24,860 nucleotides of DNA from an uncultured Chitinophagales bacterium (GCA_964359185.1 CAYHSB010000005.1:1-24860), one strand, 5' to 3'; positions 9,060-18,132 are shown, counted from the stretch's first letter. Notes: generated by a model not told the origin, from the letters alone. A program made the numbers and translations.

Positions 9060-10118
9060 CTAACGTTTTTCCTCGGGCACGAGAGCAACTTCCGTTGTGC
9101 CGACCTCCGAGTCTCTAATTGCTTCAGAGAATTTCAAGTTATCACGAAGGAAATACAATAGACCGACAATTGTAACAGATACAAACCCCAAGAGGTGAGT
9201 CACCGTCGCGTAGCTCAATGCAACTTCAACATCGACCCCAAAAAGTCGGACAAGAGTCTCTCTGGCGATCCAATGATAACTTCCCGTTGCTCCGGGCGAT
9301 GGGATGATAAAGCCAATAGCAGAGATCACCATAGTTACTACGGCGGCTACAAAGTTGAGGGAGTATTGTTCATCCATCCTGAACGCAAAAAACGGGAGGT
9401 AGAGCATGAGGGCATACCAGAACCAGATGACGAAACTCAACAACACGATGATCAGGTATCGTCGGGGTTCTTTTATTATGAGGAAACCATCGAGAAAGGA
9501 ATGGAACAGGCGTTCAAGCTTTTCCCCAAACGCTGGTGAAAATCGCGCTGTCAACTTTCGCAACCAGCGGAAAGTCAGTTCTCGCCGAACAAGAAAGAAA
9601 GCGAAAAGTCCAAACACCGTGATTGTGGCGACCGCTGCAATAATGCTTGCGCTCTCAAGCCAGGGAAAAGCTTGCATCAAAGGAGCCCGGTAGAAGATGA
9701 AAATCACCGCGAGGAGAAAAAGGAAGGAAAGCATATCGATGATACGTTCGACGAGGACAGTCCCGAGAGCTGCGCTTTTCGAGATGTGCTCCAGCCGGCC
9801 GAGGTTGTAGGGCCGAACAACTTCACCGACCCGCGGGAGGGCATTATCCACCATATAGCCGATCATGAGTGACGAAAACAGATTTCTGAAAGAAATATCC
9901 TTCTTGATCGGATCAAGGAGATACTTCCATCGCCATGCCCGAAAGAGGTGGCTGATGAACAAAAAAGGAAGAACCGAGAGCACCCAGAAATAGTTGGCGT
10001 CTTTAAGCGATGACTTCAGTTTCTCGAAGTCGGCCCCCCTGAAGGCGAGATACAAAAAGAGGAGAGCGAATGCAATACTCAAACCAATACGTAGGAAAGA
10101 CTTCAAGCGATAATTCAT
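9060..10118 (-). CDS. Lysylphosphatidylglycerol synthase TM-domain (UPF0104) flippase-like membrane protein
   Basis: RAWRWKYLL, GYMVDNALP-RVGEVVR, TVLVERIID, IPSPGATGSYH motifs; multiple TM segments. Confidence 0.85.
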   Translation of the reverse strand: MNYRLKSFLRIGLSIAFALLFLYLAFRGADFEKLKSSLKDANYFWVLSVLPFLFISHLFRAWRWKYLLDPIKKDISFRNLFSSLMIGYMVDNALPRVGEVVRPYNLGRLEHISKSAALGTVLVERIIDMLSFLFLLAVIFIFYRAPLMQAFPWLESASIIAAVATITVFGLFAFFLVRRELTFRWLRKLTARFSPAFGEKLERLFHSFLDGFLIIKEPRRYLIIVLLSFVIWFWYALMLYLPFFAFRMDEQYSLNFVAAVVTMVISAIGFIIPSPGATGSYHWIARETLVRLFGVDVEVALSYATVTHLLGFVSVTIVGLLYFLRDNLKFSEAIRDSEVGTTEVALVPEEKR

Positions 10119-10151
10119 TCAGCACAGACCGTCGGCGGATAGAGAAATCAC

Positions 10152-10817
10152 CTAGCGGAGATCGACAACTTCCACACCGGGAGGTGCGACAAAGGCAAAT
10201 GTGGAATCGCTAAGCGTCGTGTTTAAACGAATGTCCAGGACAGTGTAGATTCTAACGTTTTTGTTCACATCAACAATTTCGGCTTTCCGAAGTAGCCATT
10301 CTTCCTCGTCTACCCAAAGCTTGAGAGATTTCATCGAGGATTTGTCATCCTTTGGAGTGAGTTTCAGCACCACGAGGGTTTGCCCCCGGGACTTTTCTCT
10401 GGCGAGAATGGCGGAATAGAAATCCTTCGGGACACTCAAGAGGAATTTCTCCGGAGAGAAGCTTCGAGGATCTTCTTTGTACGTATCAATGAGCACCTGT
10501 TTATTTTCTGGCGAGTACGACCAGACCGTCTTCCCATCTGTGACGAAGGTCCGATCCTCCATTTCAATCCGGTAGTGATTCGACTTCTTCATATAAAGCA
10601 TTCCGCTGGCGGAATACTCAGCCTTCGATAAGCCAAATTTCACTTTCTGTGAGAAGGAGAGGGTTGCATTGAACATCTCATCATACTTCTTCTGGACTTT
10701 TTCGAGGATCTCCCTGGCCGAATCGCCTGCTGAAAGACCAATGGACACCGCAATCAACAAAAACAGTGACCCAAAGAGAATCCTGACGTATGCAGAAAGG
10801 GCTCTCGACTTCCTCAT
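10152..10817 (-). CDS. lolA: Outer-membrane lipoprotein carrier protein LolA family
   Basis: FSQ, YRIE, FVTDGKTVWSYSPENKQV, F.F..PPGVEVVD motifs; 4-nt ATGA overlap with ftsK, the conserved ftsK-lolA arrangement. Confidence 0.85.
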   Translation of the reverse strand: MRKSRALSAYVRILFGSLFLLIAVSIGLSAGDSAREILEKVQKKYDEMFNATLSFSQKVKFGLSKAEYSASGMLYMKKSNHYRIEMEDRTFVTDGKTVWSYSPENKQVLIDTYKEDPRSFSPEKFLLSVPKDFYSAILAREKSRGQTLVVLKLTPKDDKSSMKSLKLWVDEEEWLLRKAEIVDVNKNVRIYTVLDIRLNTTLSDSTFAFVAPPGVEVVDLR

Positions 10818-13222
10818 CCCTCTTGCCTTAGAAGATTTTCCAGCTCTTCCTCCGTTTCGACCAGAACTTCCCTGGCTTTACTCCCGTCGTACGGACCCAC
10901 TATGCCTGCAGCTTCCAGCTGATCGATCAACTTTCCGGCGCGGGAGTATCCAATGGCAAGCCGCCGCTGAAGCAAGGATACAGATCCCTGCTGATGCCGG
11001 ACGACAAGCCGTGCTGCTTCGTAGAATAGCTCATCCTGCTCTCCAGAAACGGCTGCAGCACCCCTCTGCTTCTCCCGTACCGATGGCAACTCGAAGGGCT
11101 GGCTGTACCCGCGCTGGTTTGCGATGTAGTCCGTTACCCGTTCCACCTCCTGTGAGGAAACAAATGCATTCTGAATGCGGATCGGCTTTGGACTCCCTGC
11201 AGGCAGGTAAAGCATGTCACCGTTCCCGAGGAGTTGCTCGGCCCCATTCATATCAAGGATCGTCCGCGAGTCTGTTTTCGATGCGACTTGGTACGCGATA
11301 CGAGCAGAAAAGTTCGCCTTAATGACTCCGGTGATCACATCAACTGAGGGCCGCTGGGTTGCAAGGACGAGATGAACCCCAACCGCTCGAGCCAGCTGGG
11401 CCAGGCGCGCGATAGGCTCCTCGACTTCTCGGGAAGCTGTGAGCATAAGGTCAGCGAGCTCGTCGATAACCACGATGAGGTACGGAATCTTTCGGTGCTT
11501 GATCTCCGCGGAATCCTTCAGTCTCCCCTCCCGAACTTTCTCGTTATAATCAGCAACGTTCCTGACACCCGCAGCCGCAAGCCTGTCATATCGCTGTTCC
11601 ATCTCGTACTCAACGCTCTTCAAAGCGAGAACTGCGTTCTCTGGCGTCGTCACGATAAGCTCATGGATATCAGGGCAAACAGCAAGAAAGTGGTTCTTCA
11701 GCTTCGCGTATGTCGAGAGTTCGATTTTCTTTGGGTCGATGATGACAAACTTGATGTCCGAGGGATGTAGCCGATACAGAAGGCTCATTATGATCGTGTT
11801 GATCCCTATGCTCTTCCCCGACCCCGTTGCACCTGCCATAAGAAGATGGGGCATTCTCGCAAGGTCGTCTGTGTACACTTCGCCTGAAATCGTCTTCCCG
11901 ACCGCGATGGGCAGAACAGCCTTCGTCTCTCGGAACTTCGCTGAGTTAATGACACTCCGGATATGGACGATCGAAGGATTACGGTTTGGGATTTCTACTC
12001 CCACCGCGCTCTTGCCGGGAATTGGCGCAATGATGCGGATTCCCTTGGCCGCGAGAGCAAGCGCAAGGTCATCCGCGAGACTCACAATCCGGCTGATTTT
12101 TACACCCGAGGCCGGGACCAGCTCATACAACGTCACGACCGGTCCGGGAGTGACACTCACGCTTTCGATCTCAACACCAAAATTTGCGAGCTTGGCACGC
12201 AGGAGCTCTGCGTTTGCCTTAAGTTCATCTTCCTCGACATTTTCCTGCTGCTGAGGAGTATTAAGAAGGTCGATCGTTGGCAGAACGTAGTCGATCTCTT
12301 CCTCTAAGCTTTCGCCGTGACGCACCTTGACCTCTTCCTCTTCTCGCTCGAACAGAGGTTCTTCCTCCTCAGCGGGAAGCTCGGACTCGCGTTCTGGCTT
12401 TCTCGAAAGGAAACCTTTTTCTTCAGGCGTGGCAACGTCATGGGCAAGCTCCGCCCCCTCACGAATCCGTTCCTTTCCAGGAAAAAGTATCGGCGTCGGC
12501 TCTTCTTTCTCCGGCACTGCTACCTCAATATCCTCTCGGTCCTTCTTCTGAAACGTAAGCCACTCGGCACGCTTCGAAAACAGATTCTTTATACGGTCGA
12601 TGGAAGTTTTCAAGTCGAGGTCGACGGCGAGAACAACGGTGATGAACAAAGCAACGAGTAAGGCGATCGACGCCCCCACAGTGCCAAGCAGCTTCGCGAA
12701 AGCCGTCGCGATGAAGTCTCCGACCGCACCGCTCCACTCCATCGACATCAGCGGAGGGATACTGAACAAGCGGACCACTCCGAACAAGGCAGAGAGAAGA
12801 AAAGCCACGATGAGAACATAGTTCGCAAAGAGCGCGAGCTTGGCATAGTTGCCGTTCCGCAACAATGTCCACCCCCATGCGAAGAGAAGAATCGGGAAGA
12901 GGATAACACCGTACCCAAGAGTCAGGTTAATGAGAGCATTAGAGGTGATCGCGCCGAGAAGACCCAACCAATTCCGGGTACCTTCCGCTCTTGCCTTTAT
13001 CGCAGGATCATTGCTGAAGACTTTCCAGAGATCGGTGAAACGGATGTCACCGTTCGCCTGGTCACCAGGAGTGTAGGAAACGAGACTTAGCAGGATGAGC
13101 ACTGCCAAAGCCATCACGAGAAGGCCTATGATCTGACGTCTGCGCTCACCATGAACCCCCTTCCTTTCCTGTCGGTGACGGAAGGAATAGGTTGTTGAAG
13201 AATTTCGTTCTTTCGCAGGCAT
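10814..13222 (-). CDS. ftsK: DNA translocase FtsK
   Basis: N-terminal TM domain, GPVVTLYE, RIIAPIPGK, MPHLLMAGATGSGKS, VVIDELADLM, ATQRPSVDVITG, gamma domain SVSLLQRRLAIGYSRAGKLIDQLE. Confidence 0.98.
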   Translation of the reverse strand: MPAKERNSSTTYSFRHRQERKGVHGERRRQIIGLLVMALAVLILLSLVSYTPGDQANGDIRFTDLWKVFSNDPAIKARAEGTRNWLGLLGAITSNALINLTLGYGVILFPILLFAWGWTLLRNGNYAKLALFANYVLIVAFLLSALFGVVRLFSIPPLMSMEWSGAVGDFIATAFAKLLGTVGASIALLVALFITVVLAVDLDLKTSIDRIKNLFSKRAEWLTFQKKDREDIEVAVPEKEEPTPILFPGKERIREGAELAHDVATPEEKGFLSRKPERESELPAEEEEPLFEREEEEVKVRHGESLEEEIDYVLPTIDLLNTPQQQENVEEDELKANAELLRAKLANFGVEIESVSVTPGPVVTLYELVPASGVKISRIVSLADDLALALAAKGIRIIAPIPGKSAVGVEIPNRNPSIVHIRSVINSAKFRETKAVLPIAVGKTISGEVYTDDLARMPHLLMAGATGSGKSIGINTIIMSLLYRLHPSDIKFVIIDPKKIELSTYAKLKNHFLAVCPDIHELIVTTPENAVLALKSVEYEMEQRYDRLAAAGVRNVADYNEKVREGRLKDSAEIKHRKIPYLIVVIDELADLMLTASREVEEPIARLAQLARAVGVHLVLATQRPSVDVITGVIKANFSARIAYQVASKTDSRTILDMNGAEQLLGNGDMLYLPAGSPKPIRIQNAFVSSQEVERVTDYIANQRGYSQPFELPSVREKQRGAAAVSGEQDELFYEAARLVVRHQQGSVSLLQRRLAIGYSRAGKLIDQLEAAGIVGPYDGSKAREVLVETEEELENLLRQEG

Positions 13223-13246
13223 GTTTGATTGCCAGGATCTTCAAAA

Positions 13247-13999
13247 CTATTCGTTGTGCATGGCATCGTGCCCCAGTCTGATCACGTTGCCACGCAGCAC
13301 CGGAAGGACAGTGACTGAATCGACCGCGGCACAGGTTTTCAAATCATTGCCGAAGCCAATTTGTGAAAGGTATTTTCCGTCTTCGGAATCCTCCAACATT
13401 TTCGATAGGTTTCGCCCATAACTTCGGTGGAGAATAAGAGCGCTCGCTGCTGAATCGCTCAATTCTAACACCTTCGAACCAGTCTGCTTCAACCTGTGGA
13501 TAATCATTCCAGCACACACAGCGTCCTCGAGACAGAATCCGCCAACACGCTGCTGGTTACCTGCACAGATGAAAACGAAATCCTCCCCGACGTTCTTGAT
13601 GAAGTCCACAACTCTTCCAACGTTGACAAACGCTGCGATAGTCATTTGCTTTGCATATCGTCCCTTGACCATCGCGAGTGCACCATTCGTTGTCGTGAAG
13701 ACAATCGACATTCCTTTCACCACATTTTCAAGATACTCACTTGGGGAATTTCCGAGATGAAACCCCTCGATGATCTTCCCCCCTCGCTCACCGCCGAGCA
13801 GGACGACATCACCAAATAGACCGCCGGAGATTTTCACGGCCGCTTCAACGGTCTCCACAGGAATAATTTCTCTTGCACCGTTCGAAAGAGCGGTGGCGAT
13901 ACTTGTGCCTGCCCGTAGCACATCAATCACTACAACATTCTTGTCGCGAAGTTGGAGCTCATCAATCTGACCGGGTGTGAAGTAGAGATCGATTCTCAT
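13247..13999 (-). CDS. comB: 2-phosphosulfolactate phosphatase family protein
   Basis: VVVIDVLRAGTSI, LGGERGG, GNSPSE, TTTNGA, EDAVCAG motifs. Confidence 0.9.
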   Translation of the reverse strand: MRIDLYFTPGQIDELQLRDKNVVVIDVLRAGTSIATALSNGAREIIPVETVEAAVKISGGLFGDVVLLGGERGGKIIEGFHLGNSPSEYLENVVKGMSIVFTTTNGALAMVKGRYAKQMTIAAFVNVGRVVDFIKNVGEDFVFICAGNQQRVGGFCLEDAVCAGMIIHRLKQTGSKVLELSDSAASALILHRSYGRNLSKMLEDSEDGKYLSQIGFGNDLKTCAAVDSVTVLPVLRGNVIRLGHDAMHNE

Positions 14000-14025
14000 T
14001 AGCGTGTGGGTTGTTGTATTGAGTC

Positions 14026-15120
14026 CTAACGTTGAATAAAAGGAATCTTTACGACAGTCGCTCTTACCTCTTTGCTCCTGACAAGCACACTCACAACCGA
14101 CCCTACTGCTGCGTGTTGATCGGCAACATATCCCATCCCTATTCCCTTCTCGAGTGAGGGTGAGAATGTGCCGCTCGTGACGTGTCCAATCTTGGTTCCA
14201 TTGGAGCAGATCTCGTACCCGTGGCGGGGAAACGATTTCTCTTCAACTGTAAAGCCTACAAGCTTCCGTCTCAAGCCAGCCCTCTTCGCCTCGAGGAGGG
14301 CTGTTCTGCCGACGAATTCTCCCTTATCGAGTTTTGTAATCCAGCCGAGTCCTGCCTCCAGAGGATTTGTCGTCTCGTCAATGTCGTTTCCATAGAGGCA
14401 GTATCCCATCTCAAGTCTCAGGGTGTCACGCGCACCGAGACCCACTGGAATGATCTTAAATCCCCTTCCAGCTTCACAGATCGCATTCCAGATCTTGTCA
14501 CAGTCAGATGGCGAAGCGCGGAAGAACAGTTCGAAACCCAGTTCTCCGGTGTAGCCTGTGCGAGAGATTACCATCTCCACATCTGCGAGGCGACCTCTCC
14601 GGTAATGGTAGTATGGGATGGTTGATAGTTCAACAGAGGTGAGCTTTTGAAGTGTTTCTCCGGACTTTGGACCTTGCACTGCTAAGAGAGCGGTCTCGTC
14701 ACTGACGTCCCGCAGGTCGACGTTCCTGACCACATGTTCTCTGAGCCAAGAAAAATCTTTATTGATGTTTGCGGCATTCACGACAAGCATGTAATGGTCA
14801 CCAAGGTGATAGACGAGCAAATCATCGACGATGCCGCCGTGGTCATAACACATCGCGGAGTATTGGGCTTTTCCCTCTGTAAGCTTCGTGACATCGTTCA
14901 CCGTACTCCGTTGAACAAAGTCGGCGGCGCCTTCTCCCCACACTTCAAACTCACCCATGTGAGAAACGTCGAAAATCCCAACGGCATTGCGGACAGCGCG
15001 GTGCTCTTCGATAATTCCTCGATACTGAACCGGCATCTCGAACCCCCCGAACTCAACGATCTTTGCCCCAAGCTGTCGGTGGATGTCGTGAAACGGCGTG
15101 CGCTTCGAATCCGAGCTCAA
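14026..15120 (-). CDS. gcvT: Glycine cleavage system aminomethyltransferase T
   Basis: [47 protein letters not shown]; TTG start overlapping the upstream stop (TTGA). Confidence 0.97.
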   Translation of the reverse strand: MSSDSKRTPFHDIHRQLGAKIVEFGGFEMPVQYRGIIEEHRAVRNAVGIFDVSHMGEFEVWGEGAADFVQRSTVNDVTKLTEGKAQYSAMCYDHGGIVDDLLVYHLGDHYMLVVNAANINKDFSWLREHVVRNVDLRDVSDETALLAVQGPKSGETLQKLTSVELSTIPYYHYRRGRLADVEMVISRTGYTGELGFELFFRASPSDCDKIWNAICEAGRGFKIIPVGLGARDTLRLEMGYCLYGNDIDETTNPLEAGLGWITKLDKGEFVGRTALLEAKRAGLRRKLVGFTVEEKSFPRHGYEICSNGTKIGHVTSGTFSPSLEKGIGMGYVADQHAAVGSVVSVLVRSKEVRATVVKIPFIQR

Positions 15121-15761
15121 CTTTTCCCTTTCCTCCAGTCTTCAAGGAAACGCTCCAGCCCGATGTCAGTCAGAGGATGCTTCACAAGCTGCTCGAATAC
15201 CTTGAAAGGCATCGATGAGATGTCCGCACCGAGCTTTGCCGCTTCAAGCACGTGGAGCGGGTGACGAATACTCGCAACGAGAACCTGCGTCTCGATGTCA
15301 TAATTGCGATATATCGTGACAATGTCCCGGATCAAATCCATCCCTGTGCTACTAATGTCATCGAGGCGACCAATAAAAGGGCTGATGAAATAGGCCCCCG
15401 CCTTTGCCGCAAGAAGCGCCTGTGTCGCTGAAAAACACAGCGTGACATTTGCACGGATTCCTTCGGCCTTCAAACATTTCACAGCTTTCAACCCTTCTTT
15501 AATCAGCGGAACCTTGACGACGATGTTCTCATCGATTTTCGCGAGTTGCCGCGCTTCCGTAAGGATTCCCTGAAGCTCGGTTGCAAGGACTTCCGCGCTC
15601 ACAGGCCCGCGAACAATCGAACAGATTTCTTTGAGAAGTTCATGAAAGTCTCTCCGCTCTTTTGCAACCAGGCTGGGATTCGTAGTCACCCCATCAAGAA
15701 TTCCGAGACTCGCAGCTTCCCGGATTTCCTCAATATTGGCGGTATCGACAAAGAGCTTCAT
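15117..15761 (-). CDS. tal: Transaldolase, small FSA/TalC-type
   Basis: [14 protein letters not shown], Schiff-base VVKVP, NVTLCFS. SAEV (Glu) and SPF (Phe) match transaldolase rather than the Gln/Tyr pair of true FSA. Confidence 0.9.
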   Translation of the reverse strand: MKLFVDTANIEEIREAASLGILDGVTTNPSLVAKERRDFHELLKEICSIVRGPVSAEVLATELQGILTEARQLAKIDENIVVKVPLIKEGLKAVKCLKAEGIRANVTLCFSATQALLAAKAGAYFISPFIGRLDDISSTGMDLIRDIVTIYRNYDIETQVLVASIRHPLHVLEAAKLGADISSMPFKVFEQLVKHPLTDIGLERFLEDWRKGKS

Positions 15762-15781
15762 GAACCTTCTCCTTTCTCCGT

Positions 15782-17434
15782 TCAGGACCTATAGAGATCG
15801 GTGATGTCTTTGTTTTGCTTTCTGGAGATGAACTTGAACTCATCGACAGCAAGGACCGAATCAGATTCTAGTTTTATAAGGACAAAATACTTTAGCATCA
15901 TTTTCCTGAGACGACTGAGGTTCCCTTCAATCAGGTGCGAGGCTATTGTGGGATGAACTCTCAGAAGGAGTCGGAACTCTCTCGACTCGGATTTGAACCG
16001 CCTGATCCACCGCTCGATGTGACTGATGATTGTCGATTTTGATTGTACGAGTCCAGTCCCTGCACACGTTGGACATGGCTCACTGAAGCTGTGGAGAACA
16101 CTCTGTCGAATACGCTGACGTGTGATCTGAGCGAGCCCGAACTCAGTCATCGGCAGGACGGTGACTTTCGCACGATCTTTTCGGAATTCCTTCCGAAGCT
16201 CGTCGAACACCTTCTTTTTGTTTCGCTCGTCATCGAGGTCGATGAAATCAATGACGATTAGGCCCCCGATGTCACGAAGACGTATTTGACGAACGATCTC
16301 CCGTGCGGACTCGAGGTTTGTCTGGAGAGAGTTGAGTTCCTGCTCCTTCTTCGCAGCGTAGCGCCCGCTGTTGACGTCGACAACAACCATCGCCTCTGTC
16401 TGTTCGATAATAATGTAGCCGCCGCTCTTGAGCCAAACTTTCCTCCTCATCGCTGTGGCGATTTCTTTCTCAACCCCAAACACGTCGAATATCGGCTCTT
16501 TCCCCCGATACAATTCAATCTTGTCAACAAGAGATGGCGAAGTCAATTTCACGTAGGCCCGGATATCACGATTCAGCCTCTTCGAATCGACGACGACACG
16601 CTCGACATCGTTCGAAAACAGATCACGGATTACGCTTGACGTCGTGGTCATATCCTTATAGATGAGTGAAGGGGCCTTTTCCGTTTTCACACTCGTTTCA
16701 ATCTCCCTCCAAGTGCTGATGAGCTGGTCAAGGTCGTTCTTCAGTGTCTGCTCGTCCTTCCCTTCAGCCACGGTACGGATGATAGCCCCGAAACCATCTG
16801 GGACAATTGTGCGCACCAGCTTTCGAAGGCGCCGCTTCTCTCTGAAATTTGCGATTCGCTTCGAGACCCCAACCTTTCCGTCGAACGGCAGGAGAACGAG
16901 GAACCGCCCGGGAAGGGAGACTTCTGATGTCACTCGAACCCCTTTCTTCCCGACAGGCTCCTTCGTAATCTGAACGATGATGTCTTGACCAGCCTGGAGA
17001 TGTTTCTCCGGATGTTCGAGCCTATCACGCCAATGACCATGATGTTCTCTCGCAGGTCGCTCGCGCGCCATGGTGGTGCTCGTCTCTCGCTGCTGGGGAG
17101 GTCCCCCGCCCGCAGGTGGAGCAGCCACAGGAACGAGTTCCTCGTCTTCCTCTTCCTGCGTATCGATCTCAGGTTCCTCACCAAGCAAATCTGAGTATTC
17201 ATCGAGAGAGCTTCCGATGTCTGAAAAATGGAGAAAGGCATCCTGCTTTAGCCCGATATCGATGAAAGCTGCTTTGATGCCAGGCATAACGCGTGCGACT
17301 TTCCCTAAATAAATATCGCCAACCAATCTCTCCTTTTCAGGAGCTTCGACGAAGAGTTCCGCGAGTTTACCATCCTCTGTGATGGCTATGCGGACTTGGT
17401 TAGCCGTCATATTCATAATAATTTCTCTTCTCAC
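15782..17434 (-). CDS. Rne/Rng family ribonuclease (RNase E/G)
   Basis: [18 protein letters not shown]1 domain, [44 protein letters not shown], Zn-link CPTCAGTG; GTG start with AAGGAA upstream. No long C-terminal scaffold. Confidence 0.95.
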   Translation of the reverse strand: MRREIIMNMTANQVRIAITEDGKLAELFVEAPEKERLVGDIYLGKVARVMPGIKAAFIDIGLKQDAFLHFSDIGSSLDEYSDLLGEEPEIDTQEEEDEELVPVAAPPAGGGPPQQRETSTTMARERPAREHHGHWRDRLEHPEKHLQAGQDIIVQITKEPVGKKGVRVTSEVSLPGRFLVLLPFDGKVGVSKRIANFREKRRLRKLVRTIVPDGFGAIIRTVAEGKDEQTLKNDLDQLISTWREIETSVKTEKAPSLIYKDMTTTSSVIRDLFSNDVERVVVDSKRLNRDIRAYVKLTSPSLVDKIELYRGKEPIFDVFGVEKEIATAMRRKVWLKSGGYIIIEQTEAMVVVDVNSGRYAAKKEQELNSLQTNLESAREIVRQIRLRDIGGLIVIDFIDLDDERNKKKVFDELRKEFRKDRAKVTVLPMTEFGLAQITRQRIRQSVLHSFSEPCPTCAGTGLVQSKSTIISHIERWIRRFKSESREFRLLLRVHPTIASHLIEGNLSRLRKMMLKYFVLIKLESDSVLAVDEFKFISRKQNKDITDLYRS

Positions 17435-17570
17435 ATCAAATTCCTTCCCCTTGCCAATTGTGAACCATTGACAAGCAAGCCTTGATTATCTCAAAAGATG
17501 CGCTTCTTTCTTTATAGAAAAGCTTACGTCACAGGGGGGAACAGGAGAGCACTCGTGGTGTCAGACGTAG

Positions 17571-17700
17571 ACAAAGAGGTCAAGCTGGTCCCGCAAAGCG
17601 AGACCGACTGTGTCACACGAAACGATTTGCCGACCGTTGCTTCCTTCCGGACCTGGCGGGGTTGAGCAACGTTCCGTTGCACAGGACTTGACCTCTTTGT
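17571..17700 (-). ncRNA. ffs: Signal recognition particle RNA (4.5S-type)
   Basis: Minus strand has the domain IV motif GCCAGGUCCGGAAGGAAGCAACGG, enclosed by a perfect 14-bp terminal helix ACAAAGAGGUCAAG/CUUGACCUCUUUGU. Ends approximate. Confidence 0.9.
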
Positions 17701-17791
17701 GTCGTCCACGTATTGCGAAATGAAAAGCTCTTTCGACAGAAAAACCCTTCTGCTACCACACTCACAGATGCTTCCCGACTTGTGACGGTTG

Positions 17792-17863
17792 TGGAGCTGA
17801 GGGGACTTGAACCCCCAACCTTTCGGATGCGAACCGAACGCTCTCCCATTGAGCTACAGCCCC
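17792..17863 (-). tRNA. tRNA-Ala(CGC); CCA not encoded
   Basis: Full cloverleaf: GGGGCTG/CAGCTCC acceptor with G3:U70, GCTC/GAGC D-stem, TTCGG-TT CGC AT-CCGAA anticodon arm, GGGGG-TTCAAGT-CCCCT T-arm, A73, then CAA. Confidence 0.97.
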
Positions 17864-17885
17864 TATGGACAACTCCAAGGTCAAT

Positions 17886-17986
17886 AGGGGATTGAACTTT
17901 TCTTCCCTATGTCCCAACCTTCCCCCTGCAAGCGGGATGCTCTCCCTACGAGTCCACGCCTCTTAGGCCATTGAGCTACCCTACGG
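17886..17986 (-). pseudogene. Degenerate tRNA-Ala(TGC)-like element with insertions
   Basis: Colinear blocks match the adjacent tRNA (GTAGCTCAATGG, GGGAGAGC, AAGGTTGGG, GTTCAA-TCCCCT) around TCCCG-CT TGC AG-GGGGA. It has D-loop and T-arm insertions and no acceptor stem. Confidence 0.6.
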
Positions 17987-18103
17987 GTCTTCTCTACGAG
18001 ACCGCAGGTCGACCCGAAGCGCCGTAGACAACCCCATCCATCCTCTATATTGAGGTATTGTTTGAAGATACACAAGACGGATATGGGACAAAAATCGTGT
18101 CGG

Positions 18104-18132
18104 AATATAGCAAGAAAAGCGGAGAGAGTCAA
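18104..18132 (-). promoter_or_regulatory. sigma70-type promoter for the tRNA/SRP transcript
   Basis: Minus strand TTGACT (18132-18127), 17-nt spacer, TGc-TATATT (18109-18104). Confidence 0.6.

Noticed and set aside
11196-11207. Palindrome CCTGC-AG-GCAGG inside ftsK, resembling a REP-like insert
   Set aside because: It encodes part of the conserved GDMLYLPAG motif, so it is ordinary coding sequence.
17468-17496. Plus-strand TTGACA suggesting an antisense promoter towards the SRP RNA
   Set aside because: No credible -10 box at 16-18 nt; the hexamer is better explained as one arm of the leader hairpin.
17548-17572. AGCACTC, resembling a CIRCE half-site
   Set aside because: The second half after a 9-nt spacer is GACGTAGAC, not GAGTGCTAA, and the site is not at a heat-shock promoter.
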